The position numbers and the translations under genes are program-made. The notes under the pieces were generated by a model. It was not told where the DNA came from. It did no database searches and saw only the letters and a list, made by a program, of their open reading frames with translations. A stretch of DNA of 24,666 bases from a virus (lineage: Duplodnaviria > Caudoviricetes): positions 1 through 24,666 of the IMG/VR virus record IMGVR_UViG_3300045115_000040; one strand, given 5' to 3'. Below are positions 15,921 through 24,666 of this stretch, piece by piece. How positions within the stretch are numbered: the stretch's first letter is position 1; each line of letters opens with the position of its first letter.

Positions 15921-16430
15921 ATGCAGTATCCTTGGACAATTGGCCAGCAGTTCGCCGATGAAACGGCCTACGTCACCGCGTTGACCAGCGCCGGGTTCCT
16001 GGCCCAGGTTCAGGTTGGTGTGGCTGGGTTGTTGAATAGCCACACCCGGTTCGCGGACGGGCAGGTGCCGATTGTGATCGAGGCGATTGGCGACTACGTG
16101 TCCGAAATGCAGCAGATCCTGGCCAAAGCGCGGCTGGCCATTCTGGTCAAGACGCCGTCGATGAGGTGGGTTGACACGAACGTCTGGGAGGTGTCGATTG
16201 TTGTGCAGGTGCTGGAATTCCCTGCCGTGAACAGGACAATGGCTGGACCGTACATCACATCGATGCGCGGCGCGGAAATGGCGTTGGCGATACTCAAGGA
16301 CAAGTCGCCATGCGACGGGGTGAGCCCTTTCCGGCCTCGGTCGATTGACACGGTGCAGGCCAGCGCTGGGGCTGCCAATTTTGCGCTGACTGGGACAGTG
16401 AAAACGATTCTGAGTACGGTGGAGGTATGA
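15921..16430 (+). CDS. Probable tail terminator/completion protein
   Basis: 169 aa alpha/beta protein immediately before the tube genes; IVVQVLEFPAVNR...AEMALAIL pattern. Confidence 0.5.
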   Translation: MQYPWTIGQQFADETAYVTALTSAGFLAQVQVGVAGLLNSHTRFADGQVPIVIEAIGDYVSEMQQILAKARLAILVKTPSMRWVDTNVWEVSIVVQVLEFPAVNRTMAGPYITSMRGAEMALAILKDKSPCDGVSPFRPRSIDTVQASAGAANFALTGTVKTILSTVEV

Positions 16431-16433
16431 CGT

Positions 16434-16871
16434 ATGGCTGACAACTACGCAATCGCGACGGTCACGGTATTCGGAGCCGGTGCAACGACGGCGTCTATTT
16501 CCGGGATCGCATCGACCGACATGATCGGGATCGAACTGACGGACAACGTCACCGTCACCGAGCAGTTGAGCGGAGTGGGCGAGGTGAGTGGCGCCGTTGC
16601 ATCAGATGCCAGGGACGACGTCACCCTGACATTCTACCCGATCCCGGTTCACACCGGCGCCCCGACGGCTGCGCAATACAAGGCGATTACGCTTCCGGAC
16701 GTGCTTGCCACGGTGGTCGTGGAGCGGGCTTCCGGAGGTGTGGCGTCGAGGAACATTCCGACACGCACCATTGGGACCTTCCGTTACATGGGCAACGGCA
16801 GCATGGACTTCACGGCTGACGGCATGCTCAGGATGAGTCTGCCGTGCAAGAAGTACGAAGCCGGAATCTGA
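16434..16871 (+). CDS. Tail-tube-like protein, paralogue 1
   Basis: 145 aa, beta-rich; GGAGG RBS; shares TxFG, EQ, DxxxxFYP, YxGxG and MxLP motifs with the next two ORFs; synteny. Confidence 0.65.
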   Translation: MADNYAIATVTVFGAGATTASISGIASTDMIGIELTDNVTVTEQLSGVGEVSGAVASDARDDVTLTFYPIPVHTGAPTAAQYKAITLPDVLATVVVERASGGVASRNIPTRTIGTFRYMGNGSMDFTADGMLRMSLPCKKYEAGI

Positions 16872-16881
16872 TGGAGGAACT

Positions 16882-17337
16882 ATGGCTGACCTTTACACAA
16901 CCGGTGTGGTGACGATTTTTGGGGCCAACGGAACCGTCGCGTTGAGCGGGGTGATTGCCGCAAGTGCGATGTCCTCGATCGACTTCCGAGACGACACGAC
17001 CGTTGTCGAGCAGAAAAACGGCGTTAACAAGACGGTAGGACTGGCCGCGCACCGGTTCCTTCAGGACATCAACTTGAGGTTCTACCCGATTCCGCTAGGC
17101 TCCGCCGACACCGACTTCCAGAACATCAACCTTCCTGCCGTGTTCTCCACGGTGCGGCTGACCAGGAACACGCCAGCCACCGGCCCGGGGCAACTTCCGA
17201 CCGAGGTGGCGGGCATGACGGGTGTAGATTACTCCGACTACACTTACATGGGGGGCGGCACCATAACGCTGGCCCAGGAAGGATTCGCGGTCATGACGCT
17301 TCCATGCCGGCGATACGCCGCGATTACTCCAGCCTGA
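16882..17337 (+). CDS. Tail-tube-like protein, paralogue 2
   Basis: 151 aa; GGAGG RBS; TIFG...EQ...DINLRFYP...YMGGG...MTLPCRRY. Confidence 0.65.
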   Translation: MADLYTTGVVTIFGANGTVALSGVIAASAMSSIDFRDDTTVVEQKNGVNKTVGLAAHRFLQDINLRFYPIPLGSADTDFQNINLPAVFSTVRLTRNTPATGPGQLPTEVAGMTGVDYSDYTYMGGGTITLAQEGFAVMTLPCRRYAAITPA

Positions 17338-17338
17338 C

Positions 17339-17794
17339 GTGGACCTGCTCATCATTGGCGAGACGACTATTTTCGGCGTCACTGGGTCGGCCCAGATTGA
17401 CGGTTGGTCGATCATCGACATGACGTCCATGACGCTGCGCGATTCGTTTTCGTTGGCCGAGCAGTTGGACCTGGCCGGTGACATTATACGGGTGACGCCA
17501 TGGAAGAACCAGCACGATGTGACGATAGCATTCTACCCAGTGTCTGCGGACATGTCCCAAATCGACATGCCCCAGCCAATGTCCAGAGTGGCGATTTCTG
17601 CGCGGCCCGGGTACGCAATGCCCAAGGTGTTCGCCCATGACGACTGGCGCTACGTCGGGGAGGGCGAAATTCAGATGACGAACACCGGGCTCATGGTGAT
17701 GCACCTGCCACTGCGACGTTGGAACCCGCTCCACGGGAAGCAGCTTTACAAGGACGGTCAGCCCTACACCCCGCTGTACACCCCGCCGGCATGA
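17339..17794 (+). CDS. Tail-tube-like protein, paralogue 3
   Basis: 151 aa, GTG start; TIFG...EQ...DVTIAFYP...YVGEG...MHLPLRRW. Confidence 0.6.
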   Translation: MDLLIIGETTIFGVTGSAQIDGWSIIDMTSMTLRDSFSLAEQLDLAGDIIRVTPWKNQHDVTIAFYPVSADMSQIDMPQPMSRVAISARPGYAMPKVFAHDDWRYVGEGEIQMTNTGLMVMHLPLRRWNPLHGKQLYKDGQPYTPLYTPPA

Positions 17795-18396
17795 CGAACG
17801 AAGAGCAATTTTTGCGGGTCATCTTCCCTCCAACCCACAGGGTGGCCGGGCGTCGGTTGCGACCTCTGACGCTCGGCCACTACCTGTTGTTGCAGCGGAT
17901 GGGGAATCCTCTGGCCATTCTGAATGGTTTCTGGGACCACGATTGCGAGGCTGGTCATGCGGCGCAGGCACTGTTCCTCTTTACCAGAGGGTGGCGAGAA
18001 GCGTTACGCTTCTTCGAAGGCCCGGAGTTCTGGCAGCAACTGCGTTTGGCTTGGTATGCTGACCACGGCGACGCCCTGATCCAGACCGTGGTTGGGTTGC
18101 ACAACCACGTCATGGATGCATTTAAGCGACCCAACACGATGGCCAAGCCCAAAGGCAGGTTCTTCGCTGTGACGAAGTTGGGGGCCCCGTACTGGATGGT
18201 GACGATAGCGCGCATGGTCGCGCAGGGTCGCACCGTAGAGCAGGCATTGGACGTTCGTGTCCAGGCGGCGCTGTGGATCAACTCGACCGAGGATGAGGAA
18301 AACGGTGTTCTGGACTGGGTGTCGGCGGAGGAGTCGAGCATTCAGGATATGGTTCGCGAAGAGATACGACTAAGGCAGGAAGCGAACAAGGGATGA
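17791..18396 (+). CDS. Probable tail assembly chaperone
   Basis: Between tube genes and tape measure; VAGRRLRPLTLGHYLLLQRMGNP N-terminus; ATGA overlaps at both ends. Confidence 0.6.
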   Translation: MTNEEQFLRVIFPPTHRVAGRRLRPLTLGHYLLLQRMGNPLAILNGFWDHDCEAGHAAQALFLFTRGWREALRFFEGPEFWQQLRLAWYADHGDALIQTVVGLHNHVMDAFKRPNTMAKPKGRFFAVTKLGAPYWMVTIARMVAQGRTVEQALDVRVQAALWINSTEDEENGVLDWVSAEESSIQDMVREEIRLRQEANKG

Positions 18397-19796
18397 TCGA
18401 GACCACCAATAAAGTCGAATTTCGCTACGAGGTCAACGCCGACGACTTTGCAGTCAAAGCCCAGAAGGTGACATCTTCTGTCACCAATATGTCGAAGGCT
18501 GTTGACGATGTGCGGCGCAAAAGCAACTTGACCGACACCGTCGATACCACAGATCGGCAGGTGGCTATCCGGAAAGAGTGGCGGGAGTTGGAGCAGCGCA
18601 GGAAAGAGTTGCGGGAGAACATGAGAGCGTTCGGTGAGAAGCCTGAAGCCGTTGCCGAACTTGCCGCCAACAAGCGTCGCGCCGCAGCTCTCGAACGTGA
18701 AGATTTAGCGATTTTTGCAAAAAGAGAGAAAGAGGAGCGGCGGGCGAATGCCGCCGAGCAAAGGCGCGTTGCTGCGGAGTTGAAAAAGCTCAAGCAGGAA
18801 GAGGCAAAAAGAGAGAAAGAGGAGCGGCGGGCGAATGCCGCCGAGCAAAGGCGCGTTGCTAAGGAGTTGAAAAAGCTCAAGCAGGAAGAGGCGAAAATAG
18901 AGAAGGAGCAAGGCAGGGATGCAGCGCGGAGGGTTTCGCTGCTTCAGCGGTTCATGAACATAGCCGGTGTAGGCAGGTTCGGTCCGAGAAGCCAGATTGG
19001 ATCCATGCTGTTCGGTGGCGGTATTGGTAAGATTGGATCCATGCTGTCCGGTGGCGGTATTGGTAAGATTGGATCCATGCTGTCCGGTGGCGGTATTGGT
19101 AAGATTGGATCCATGCTGTCCGGTGGCGGTATTGGTAAGATTGAATCCATGCTGTCCGGTGGCGGTATTGGTAAGATTGGTCTTGCTGCAGTGGCATATT
19201 TAGGGAAGAAGGTTCACGACATAGTATCTGGCATAACCGAACAGGCAAGGCAATGGAAGGATGTAAAAAACCCAGCCACTTCCCTCCGGCGCGAAATGGC
19301 GACGTATGTTCCTCCTGGCGAGGCTATGGAACGGACGCGGTACTCTTCGAAGGCTGAAGCTGCACGGCTGGCGATGGAAACTAAGTTGGGGGGTAAATTG
19401 GCTGGTATAAAAGAATGGGCGGCGAAAGGGTTCATTCACTATGTGTATGGAACAAAGGCCCTAATTCGCACCGTTGCAAATGCCGCGAGAGGTGAAGGGT
19501 GGAATTACTCGGAGTTCGACAAAGCCAACAAAAGGCTGAAGGCTATAGGGTCGCCTGGGGGTGCTGAGTTGCGCTATTGGATGAACACAGAAGAAGTCAG
19601 AAAGGCATCCGATGCGTACATGGCGACTGGAGAGGAGTCCGTCGGTCTGTTCGCAACGTCGGCCAGGGGACAGTCTGTCAGCTCGCAGGCACATACGATG
19701 CAGTCGCTGGTCGACGCGATCAAGAGCGCGTCTGACAACCTGGGGCGGATATCGAAAAACCTCAGCGAGCAGTCCGTCAACAAAGGGCCGCTTTAG
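18393..19796 (+). CDS. Short tape measure-like protein, 467 aa
   Basis: Long charged helical region, Gly-rich GSMLSGGGIGK repeats, position after the chaperone. Confidence 0.7.
   Translation: MIETTNKVEFRYEVNADDFAVKAQKVTSSVTNMSKAVDDVRRKSNLTDTVDTTDRQVAIRKEWRELEQRRKELRENMRAFGEKPEAVAELAANKRRAAALEREDLAIFAKREKEERRANAAEQRRVAAELKKLKQEEAKREKEERRANAAEQRRVAKELKKLKQEEAKIEKEQGRDAARRVSLLQRFMNIAGVGRFGPRSQIGSMLFGGGIGKIGSMLSGGGIGKIGSMLSGGGIGKIGSMLSGGGIGKIESMLSGGGIGKIGLAAVAYLGKKVHDIVSGITEQARQWKDVKNPATSLRREMATYVPPGEAMERTRYSSKAEAARLAMETKLGGKLAGIKEWAAKGFIHYVYGTKALIRTVANAARGEGWNYSEFDKANKRLKAIGSPGGAELRYWMNTEEVRKASDAYMATGEESVGLFATSARGQSVSSQAHTMQSLVDAIKSASDNLGRISKNLSEQSVNKGPL
18717..18890 (+). repeat. 87-bp (29-aa) in-frame tandem duplication
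   Basis: Units at 18717-18803 and 18804-18890 are identical except for one codon (GCG vs AAG). Confidence 0.95.
18996..19180 (+). repeat. 36-bp (12-aa) in-frame tandem repeat, 5 copies
   Basis: ATTGGATCCATGCTGTCCGGTGGCGGTATTGGTAAG starting at 18996, 19032, 19068, 19104 and 19140; single substitutions in copies 1 and 5. Confidence 0.95.
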
Positions 19797-19798
19797 AG

Positions 19799-20959
19799 AT
19801 GATTACGTTTCCGTCATACTGGACAACTCAGGAGTTCACGGAAGGGATTTCCGGCCTCGGCTATGTCGAGGAGCCGATTCAGAAGACGTTCGATCCGACG
19901 ATGTGCTGGCAGCAGATCCGGACGTTCTCTGGGCCCATGGTTCAGTTCAAGCAGTTCTGGGTGTTGTTGACTGGGGATCACGGGCACAAACCGTTCCAGG
20001 CGAGCCTCCAACCAGACGGGCCGAACATTCGGACGTCCGTCGTGTTTTACTCGAACGACTACGACGGACTCCAGGTGCGCGATCCGTTGCTGACGACGTG
20101 GGGCATGACCTGTAACCGCGGCAACGAGCCGATTGTATCGTGTCGGAAGGCAACTTGGGCGTTCCGCAACTGCCCGGACGTGATCAGGAAGGTTCAGGTG
20201 GCGGTGGCCCTGTGGCAGAACGTGCTCAGCCCGATGACAAACACGTTTTGGAAAAGTCTGGAGGGCACCCAACCGTACACCATCACCCAGCTTCAAAACC
20301 AGATTTTCGCGGCTGTTGTGTGCCTGAAAGCCGGCGGCAGCACCGATCTTGAGACATACACCGCCAAGGATGGTTCGGTGTACACGCCGACTGTCGAGGA
20401 CCTGTGGCACGCGGCGCAGATGTTCAGGATGCTTTGCAAGGGTGTGACGTCGTTCCCGACCTACCAATACGTCCTGCACAAGACGTCAATCTGCTTCCCG
20501 AACATCGCGGTTGAGGGCGTGTCGCTGGGGAGCGATATGCGGGCCTCGTATGATCGGGTTGGCTATGCGTTCTCGACGGTGGCGCTTCGTGAGCGTGAAA
20601 CGCTGTTGACGAGCGACATTGCCTCCCTGTTGGACGTCGACCGGTTCCCGCGGTTCTGGTGGGTGAAGCAACCACCGATCATCGAGCAGACCAGTGACGG
20701 TCGGTGGAACGTCCGTCAAGAGTGGTGGGGGTACGAGTGGTTCGAGCCGTGGATCTACCCGTGGGTGACTGGGGAGGGAGAGGTGATTGTTGACCCGGTG
20801 TTCGACCCGTCGAAGTACTACGACTCCCCCCGGGAGAACGATCCGATCCCGGCCTCGAAGACATTGTACGGGGTGAAGGACGGGACCTGCGTGCAGTGGC
20901 CGAAAGAGCTTCAGGATGCTATCTACGGCAACCAGGACGGGACAACCGACATCGACTGA
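19799..20959 (+). CDS. Putative tail tip / distal tail protein, 386 aa
   Basis: Directly after the tape measure; aromatic beta-rich sequence; GC3-rich codons. Function from synteny only. Confidence 0.55.
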   Translation: MITFPSYWTTQEFTEGISGLGYVEEPIQKTFDPTMCWQQIRTFSGPMVQFKQFWVLLTGDHGHKPFQASLQPDGPNIRTSVVFYSNDYDGLQVRDPLLTTWGMTCNRGNEPIVSCRKATWAFRNCPDVIRKVQVAVALWQNVLSPMTNTFWKSLEGTQPYTITQLQNQIFAAVVCLKAGGSTDLETYTAKDGSVYTPTVEDLWHAAQMFRMLCKGVTSFPTYQYVLHKTSICFPNIAVEGVSLGSDMRASYDRVGYAFSTVALRERETLLTSDIASLLDVDRFPRFWWVKQPPIIEQTSDGRWNVRQEWWGYEWFEPWIYPWVTGEGEVIVDPVFDPSKYYDSPRENDPIPASKTLYGVKDGTCVQWPKELQDAIYGNQDGTTDID

Positions 20960-21180
20960 TGAACCACCCAAGCGAGCTTAAGCCACAACCGAGAGGTCGG
21001 TTGACAACCCAGTTCAACCAAGTGTATCGGTTGACCGATGCATGCAAGGCGTCGAACCCAGGTCCCGGGGTGCTCGGAATGCAGACGGTTCATGGTCAGG
21101 CGTACAAGCAGGACCCGTTGCAGTGGGTGTACCGTGGGTTTGGTGGTGGCGGGACGTCGGGCCCAGCCCGGTGGGGGTGA
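20959..21180 (+). CDS. Small tail-associated hypothetical protein, 73 aa
   Basis: TGATG overlap; MNHPSELKPQPRGRLTTQFNQVY...PGPGVLGMQTVHG...GGGG. Confidence 0.6.
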   Translation: MNHPSELKPQPRGRLTTQFNQVYRLTDACKASNPGPGVLGMQTVHGQAYKQDPLQWVYRGFGGGGTSGPARWG

Positions 21181-21197
21181 GTAGAAAAAGGTGACTT

Positions 21198-21911
21198 ATG
21201 GCAATCAGTACGACATTGGCGGTCAACGTCAGCGCGTCGCTGACCTACTCCGGAAACACTCTGGCGGCAGGACTGAAATCCTCGACCCAGACATGCGGAA
21301 CAACTGGCGGGTTGGCATTCCAGGACAACCCGGTGTTGACGGCAACGGCATTCAAATCCTACACAACGCTGGGGTCTTTGACGGTGTCCACGCCGTTCGT
21401 GCTCTACGTCGAGAATCTGAGCACGGCTGGCGACTACCTTCTTCTGCCATACGATGCCACGTTGACGCAGAACGCAGCCGGCCTGGCATGGCTAACGTCC
21501 ACCGCATACACGGTCGGCCAAGTGGTTACCAACGACGGTCTGTACTACAAATGTTCAACCGCCCACACGTCCCACACCTTCTTCAATACCGACCTCGGCA
21601 ACTACAAGTGGCGACGATTGGTTGCGTGCGCTCCGACGATCCATGCCGACGGTCTCGCGTGGATTACCAGCAAATCGTATGCGTTGGGAAACATCGTCTC
21701 GCACGGTGGATTCTACTACGAGTGCATTGTGGCCACTTCCAGTGGGACGCTGGTCCCGCCCGAGGACGCGGAGCACTTTAGCCAAATCTCGGCCACCGTA
21801 ATCCCGATGGGCAGGGCTGCTGCCATGTGGACAACCGGCACTTTTAGTTTGGTTGCCACTACAACCCCGACGACTGGCGAGTGCCGGGTGGTGGCGATTC
21901 AAGATGCCTAG
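21198..21911 (+). CDS. Virion protein with two CBM5/12-like (ChtBD3) carbohydrate-binding repeats
   Basis: AWLTSTAYTVGQVVTNDGLYYKCSTAHTS and AWITSKSYALGNIVSHGGFYYECIVATSS. Confidence 0.75.
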   Translation: MAISTTLAVNVSASLTYSGNTLAAGLKSSTQTCGTTGGLAFQDNPVLTATAFKSYTTLGSLTVSTPFVLYVENLSTAGDYLLLPYDATLTQNAAGLAWLTSTAYTVGQVVTNDGLYYKCSTAHTSHTFFNTDLGNYKWRRLVACAPTIHADGLAWITSKSYALGNIVSHGGFYYECIVATSSGTLVPPEDAEHFSQISATVIPMGRAAAMWTTGTFSLVATTTPTTGECRVVAIQDA

Positions 21912-21914
21912 CCT

Positions 21915-22556
21915 ATGGCCCTAACACCGGCAACGCACAAGATCTCGCAATCGGTTTCGGGCACTCAGTTCCGCACCTACAGCGACGGTGGGTCGCCGGC
22001 GACGGTTGTGCAGGGCGTGGTCGTTACCGACCCGGACGGCAACCCGGTTGGCGGCGAGCTTGTACCGCTTCACGTCGCAGCGGTGGCGTTCGAGCACTAC
22101 GAGCTGCACCAGGGGGATGCGTACTCGTACAGCGACGTAATCACGCTGGGTTCAGCCGGGACTCAGGACTACCTATTGACCGTAGCGGACGACGCCGAAA
22201 TCCCGCATTTCTCCTACACCGTCGAGGGGATCTACGGCATCACGGTCGAACTCTACGAGGGTGCCGACCGCACCGGAACAACCGCGCAGGATTCGTTCAA
22301 CCGGAACCGCAACCACCCGGATGCGTCCACGCTGGCGATCCACAAGGGCACGTCCGGTGGCACAACCGATGGGACGCGCATCATGTGGAAAAAGTCCGGC
22401 AGCGGGCCAACCGGCGGTAAGCTGTCGGGACACTCATCGGCGGCGACGGAATGGGTGCTGGCGCGCGATACCAAGTATCTGTTCCGCGTCACGTCAGCCG
22501 CAGCCTCGAACGACATTTCTGTCGAGCTCAACTACTACCTGCACGGGCTGGAGTAG
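21915..22556 (+). CDS. Hypothetical virion structural protein, 213 aa
   Basis: Thr/Gly/Ser-rich, beta-rich; GC3-rich codons; tightly packed. Confidence 0.7.
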   Translation: MALTPATHKISQSVSGTQFRTYSDGGSPATVVQGVVVTDPDGNPVGGELVPLHVAAVAFEHYELHQGDAYSYSDVITLGSAGTQDYLLTVADDAEIPHFSYTVEGIYGITVELYEGADRTGTTAQDSFNRNRNHPDASTLAIHKGTSGGTTDGTRIMWKKSGSGPTGGKLSGHSSAATEWVLARDTKYLFRVTSAAASNDISVELNYYLHGLE

Positions 22557-24666
22557 ATGCTTGAACCTCTTATCAGGCAGGCCCTTGAGGACGAATGGTC
22601 CCGGCAGGGTCGGCTCCCGGGGTACACTCGGGCGGTCTTCGCCAACCCAGGCGACCCGATCACTTCGCGACAGAAGAACCTGTTCGCGCGAGCTGTCAAC
22701 GAGCGGTTAGCGTCCGGTCTCGGGGACGGTGTCTGGAGGATCGTCCAAGGCATGCTCGGCGCCAGCCGGGCCATGCTGGTTGGTGACGGTCTGCGTTTCT
22801 ACCCCGAGGGGGTGTGGTCCGAGACCTACGCCGCCCTTGCCCCGGGGACTGCCCAATGGCCCTTGGTAGGGGTTGGGGAGGGAGCAGGCGGACCGAACGT
22901 CCAGAACCCTTGGATGGCATGGGTGTACGGGAACGATCAGGCCGGGCTGGAAAGCGAGGCGGCGAGGCTGTCCAACGTCCCGATGGCGTTGAATCTGTAC
23001 AGTGCCGAGCTGAAGTGGCAGACGGCGAAGGCGCAACGCGGATTGAAGGACCCGGCAACGGGCTTCGAGGCGGCCCCGATGCGGGCCTTGTCGTACGAGT
23101 ACGCCCGCCTCGCGTACCGGCTCGACAGCCTGTTGGGGACCAGTTACGGGGGTTTCCTTCCGGGCCCGGCGACGAAGCCCGGAGAAGCATGCTGGCCGGT
23201 GTGCGCGAGTCCGCCATGCGACATTCCGACACGGGAGAACAAGGACATCTTCTTCACTTCGACCCGGCCAGACGTTACGACTGCCGGTCTGCACCATTCG
23301 GCGGCCTATGCCGTGCCGTGGCCTGCTGATCCGACGTTCGAAGTGTGGCAGATCCACTATGCGGGCACATGCATGACAAGTGACATGCCCGGCGCCCCGG
23401 ACTACTCGCAGCACATCCTGTATTTCTGGCGGTTCCCGTTGGGGTGGGTAGTCATTCTTAATGACGGCACCGAGGACTTCTTGCCGGCTGCCGACTGGGT
23501 CCTTGGTCCATTCACTCAGGTGGACTACTTGAGCCGGGATTTCGGGGACCAGGTGCAAATGACCGTTAACGCGTTCAACCGTGAATTCCGAGGATCTGAC
23601 GGGCAGCGTATCGGTGGGTACAACCTGGAGAACGCCCTGGATGCCCAGGCCTACTACACCGAACAGAACTACCTGGCCCCGGCCTATGGGACGCAGGTTG
23701 GCGAGGCAATCGAGGGTAAGTATCCGGCCTGGGAATTGTCGGCCGGAACGTACGGTGCCGGCCAGAAGTTCCCCTGCAACTACACCGGCACAGCGTACAG
23801 CATGCACCCGGGATTCGTGGCGTCGCATGCCTTCGTTGCGCTGCGGTCAACGGACACGACAAAGGCGGCGTCCTTGCTGGTCACATGGACCGGGCAGGGT
23901 GTTCCGCTTGCACTTTCGGCAACGACAAACGGGGACGTTGTGCGAATAACCCCGGCCGCCAGGCTGGACAGTGTTGAGGTGTCGCTGGTGGGCGACACTG
24001 TACTGGCGGCTGGGGAATCGATCATCGTTGAGATGACAGAGCTGGAGGCCTGCAAGCCCACAATGTCGGATTTCTACGCCATGGTGCGCAAGGGTGGGGC
24101 CCGGCTGGTTGGGGGGGGCCTGACAACGGACGGGTCAGGAACGGATGAGAACTACGCTTTCGAGATCGGTCAGGATTACTTCACGCATGGTGTTGCCGCG
24201 AATCAACATGACGTGTCGGGAATCTCGGATCCGACGAGCGTCAATGAGAATGCGGTGTACGACGCGGCCCGCCGGTTCGTTTGGCAGAATGTGCGGTTGG
24301 TGAACCGGTTCCAGTTCCTAGACTATGCGGTCGAAGGCGGGGACTCGATTCTTTGGTTCACACCGTACCCGAGAACGGACGAGTTCCCGATGGTGTCGCC
24401 GGAGGACGATGGCGAGCAGCAGATCGATCTGTTCGGTGGCATGGGTGACATTGCCGAGGCGTCGACAAGCGGCGAATCAAACCGTTGGCTCCTGGACGTC
24501 ATGTTGTCGCCATTCACGCCTCCAGAAACCGGGACGCAGGCCTACCGACTCGATCTGTTCGGGGATCTGATACCGGACGCCAACCGGTGCCTGTGCAACG
24601 ACCAGATAACCTACCTGAACGAGGCCTTCAACTCTCATACGAACCGGGGAGGCACGCTGGGATTCA
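22557..24666 (+). CDS. Large virion/tail protein, at least 703 aa, 3' end outside window (absent from ORF track)
   Basis: ATG immediately after TAG 22554-22556; hand translation (MLEPLIRQALEDEWSRQGRLPGYTRAVFANPGDPIT...) shows no stop to the window end. Confidence 0.8.
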   Translation, partial: MLEPLIRQALEDEWSRQGRLPGYTRAVFANPGDPITSRQKNLFARAVNERLASGLGDGVWRIVQGMLGASRAMLVGDGLRFYPEGVWSETYAALAPGTAQWPLVGVGEGAGGPNVQNPWMAWVYGNDQAGLESEAARLSNVPMALNLYSAELKWQTAKAQRGLKDPATGFEAAPMRALSYEYARLAYRLDSLLGTSYGGFLPGPATKPGEACWPVCASPPCDIPTRENKDIFFTSTRPDVTTAGLHHSAAYAVPWPADPTFEVWQIHYAGTCMTSDMPGAPDYSQHILYFWRFPLGWVVILNDGTEDFLPAADWVLGPFTQVDYLSRDFGDQVQMTVNAFNREFRGSDGQRIGGYNLENALDAQAYYTEQNYLAPAYGTQVGEAIEGKYPAWELSAGTYGAGQKFPCNYTGTAYSMHPGFVASHAFVALRSTDTTKAASLLVTWTGQGVPLALSATTNGDVVRITPAARLDSVEVSLVGDTVLAAGESIIVEMTELEACKPTMSDFYAMVRKGGARLVGGGLTTDGSGTDENYAFEIGQDYFTHGVAANQHDVSGISDPTSVNENAVYDAARRFVWQNVRLVNRFQFLDYAVEGGDSILWFTPYPRTDEFPMVSPEDDGEQQIDLFGGMGDIAEASTSGESNRWLLDVMLSPFTPPETGTQAYRLDLFGDLIPDANRCLCNDQITYLNEAFNSHTNRGGTLGF

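Noticed and set aside
17791-18396. Programmed -1 frameshift in the tail assembly chaperone
   Set aside because: No convincing slippery heptamer, and the single ORF already runs up to the tape measure start.
18996-19180. 36-bp repeats as CRISPR or DGR repeats
   Set aside because: Head-to-tail without spacers, in frame within a CDS; no reverse transcriptase or adenine-specific variation.
22707-23828. Minus-strand 373-aa ORF and short + ORFs in the last 2 kb
   Set aside because: Shadows of the uninterrupted + strand frame starting at 22557.

Overview
GC-rich tailed-phage or prophage segment with all genes on the + strand. It starts with the end of an unusual repeat array (1-294: a 36-nt hairpin repeat alternating with 10-11 GGC-NN pentamers), then a ~0.9 kb mostly non-coding structured region. 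A translationally coupled run of small genes ends in a RusA-like resolvase whose motifs are split over two reading frames. A Mu-like head module follows: DUF935 portal, protease I with internal scaffold start, extended decoration protein, major capsid, gp36-like adaptor, F-like and G-like proteins. Next come a 1271-aa beta-helix tailspike-like protein with an apparent signal peptide and a membrane/lysis-like cluster without a recognisable endolysin. The tail module has three tandem tail-tube-like paralogues (plus a truncated fourth upstream), a chaperone, a short repeat-expanded tape measure and tail-tip genes, the last running off the window. No terminase, sheath, integrase or transposase is recognisable. 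All family calls are motif recognition by eye, not database results.
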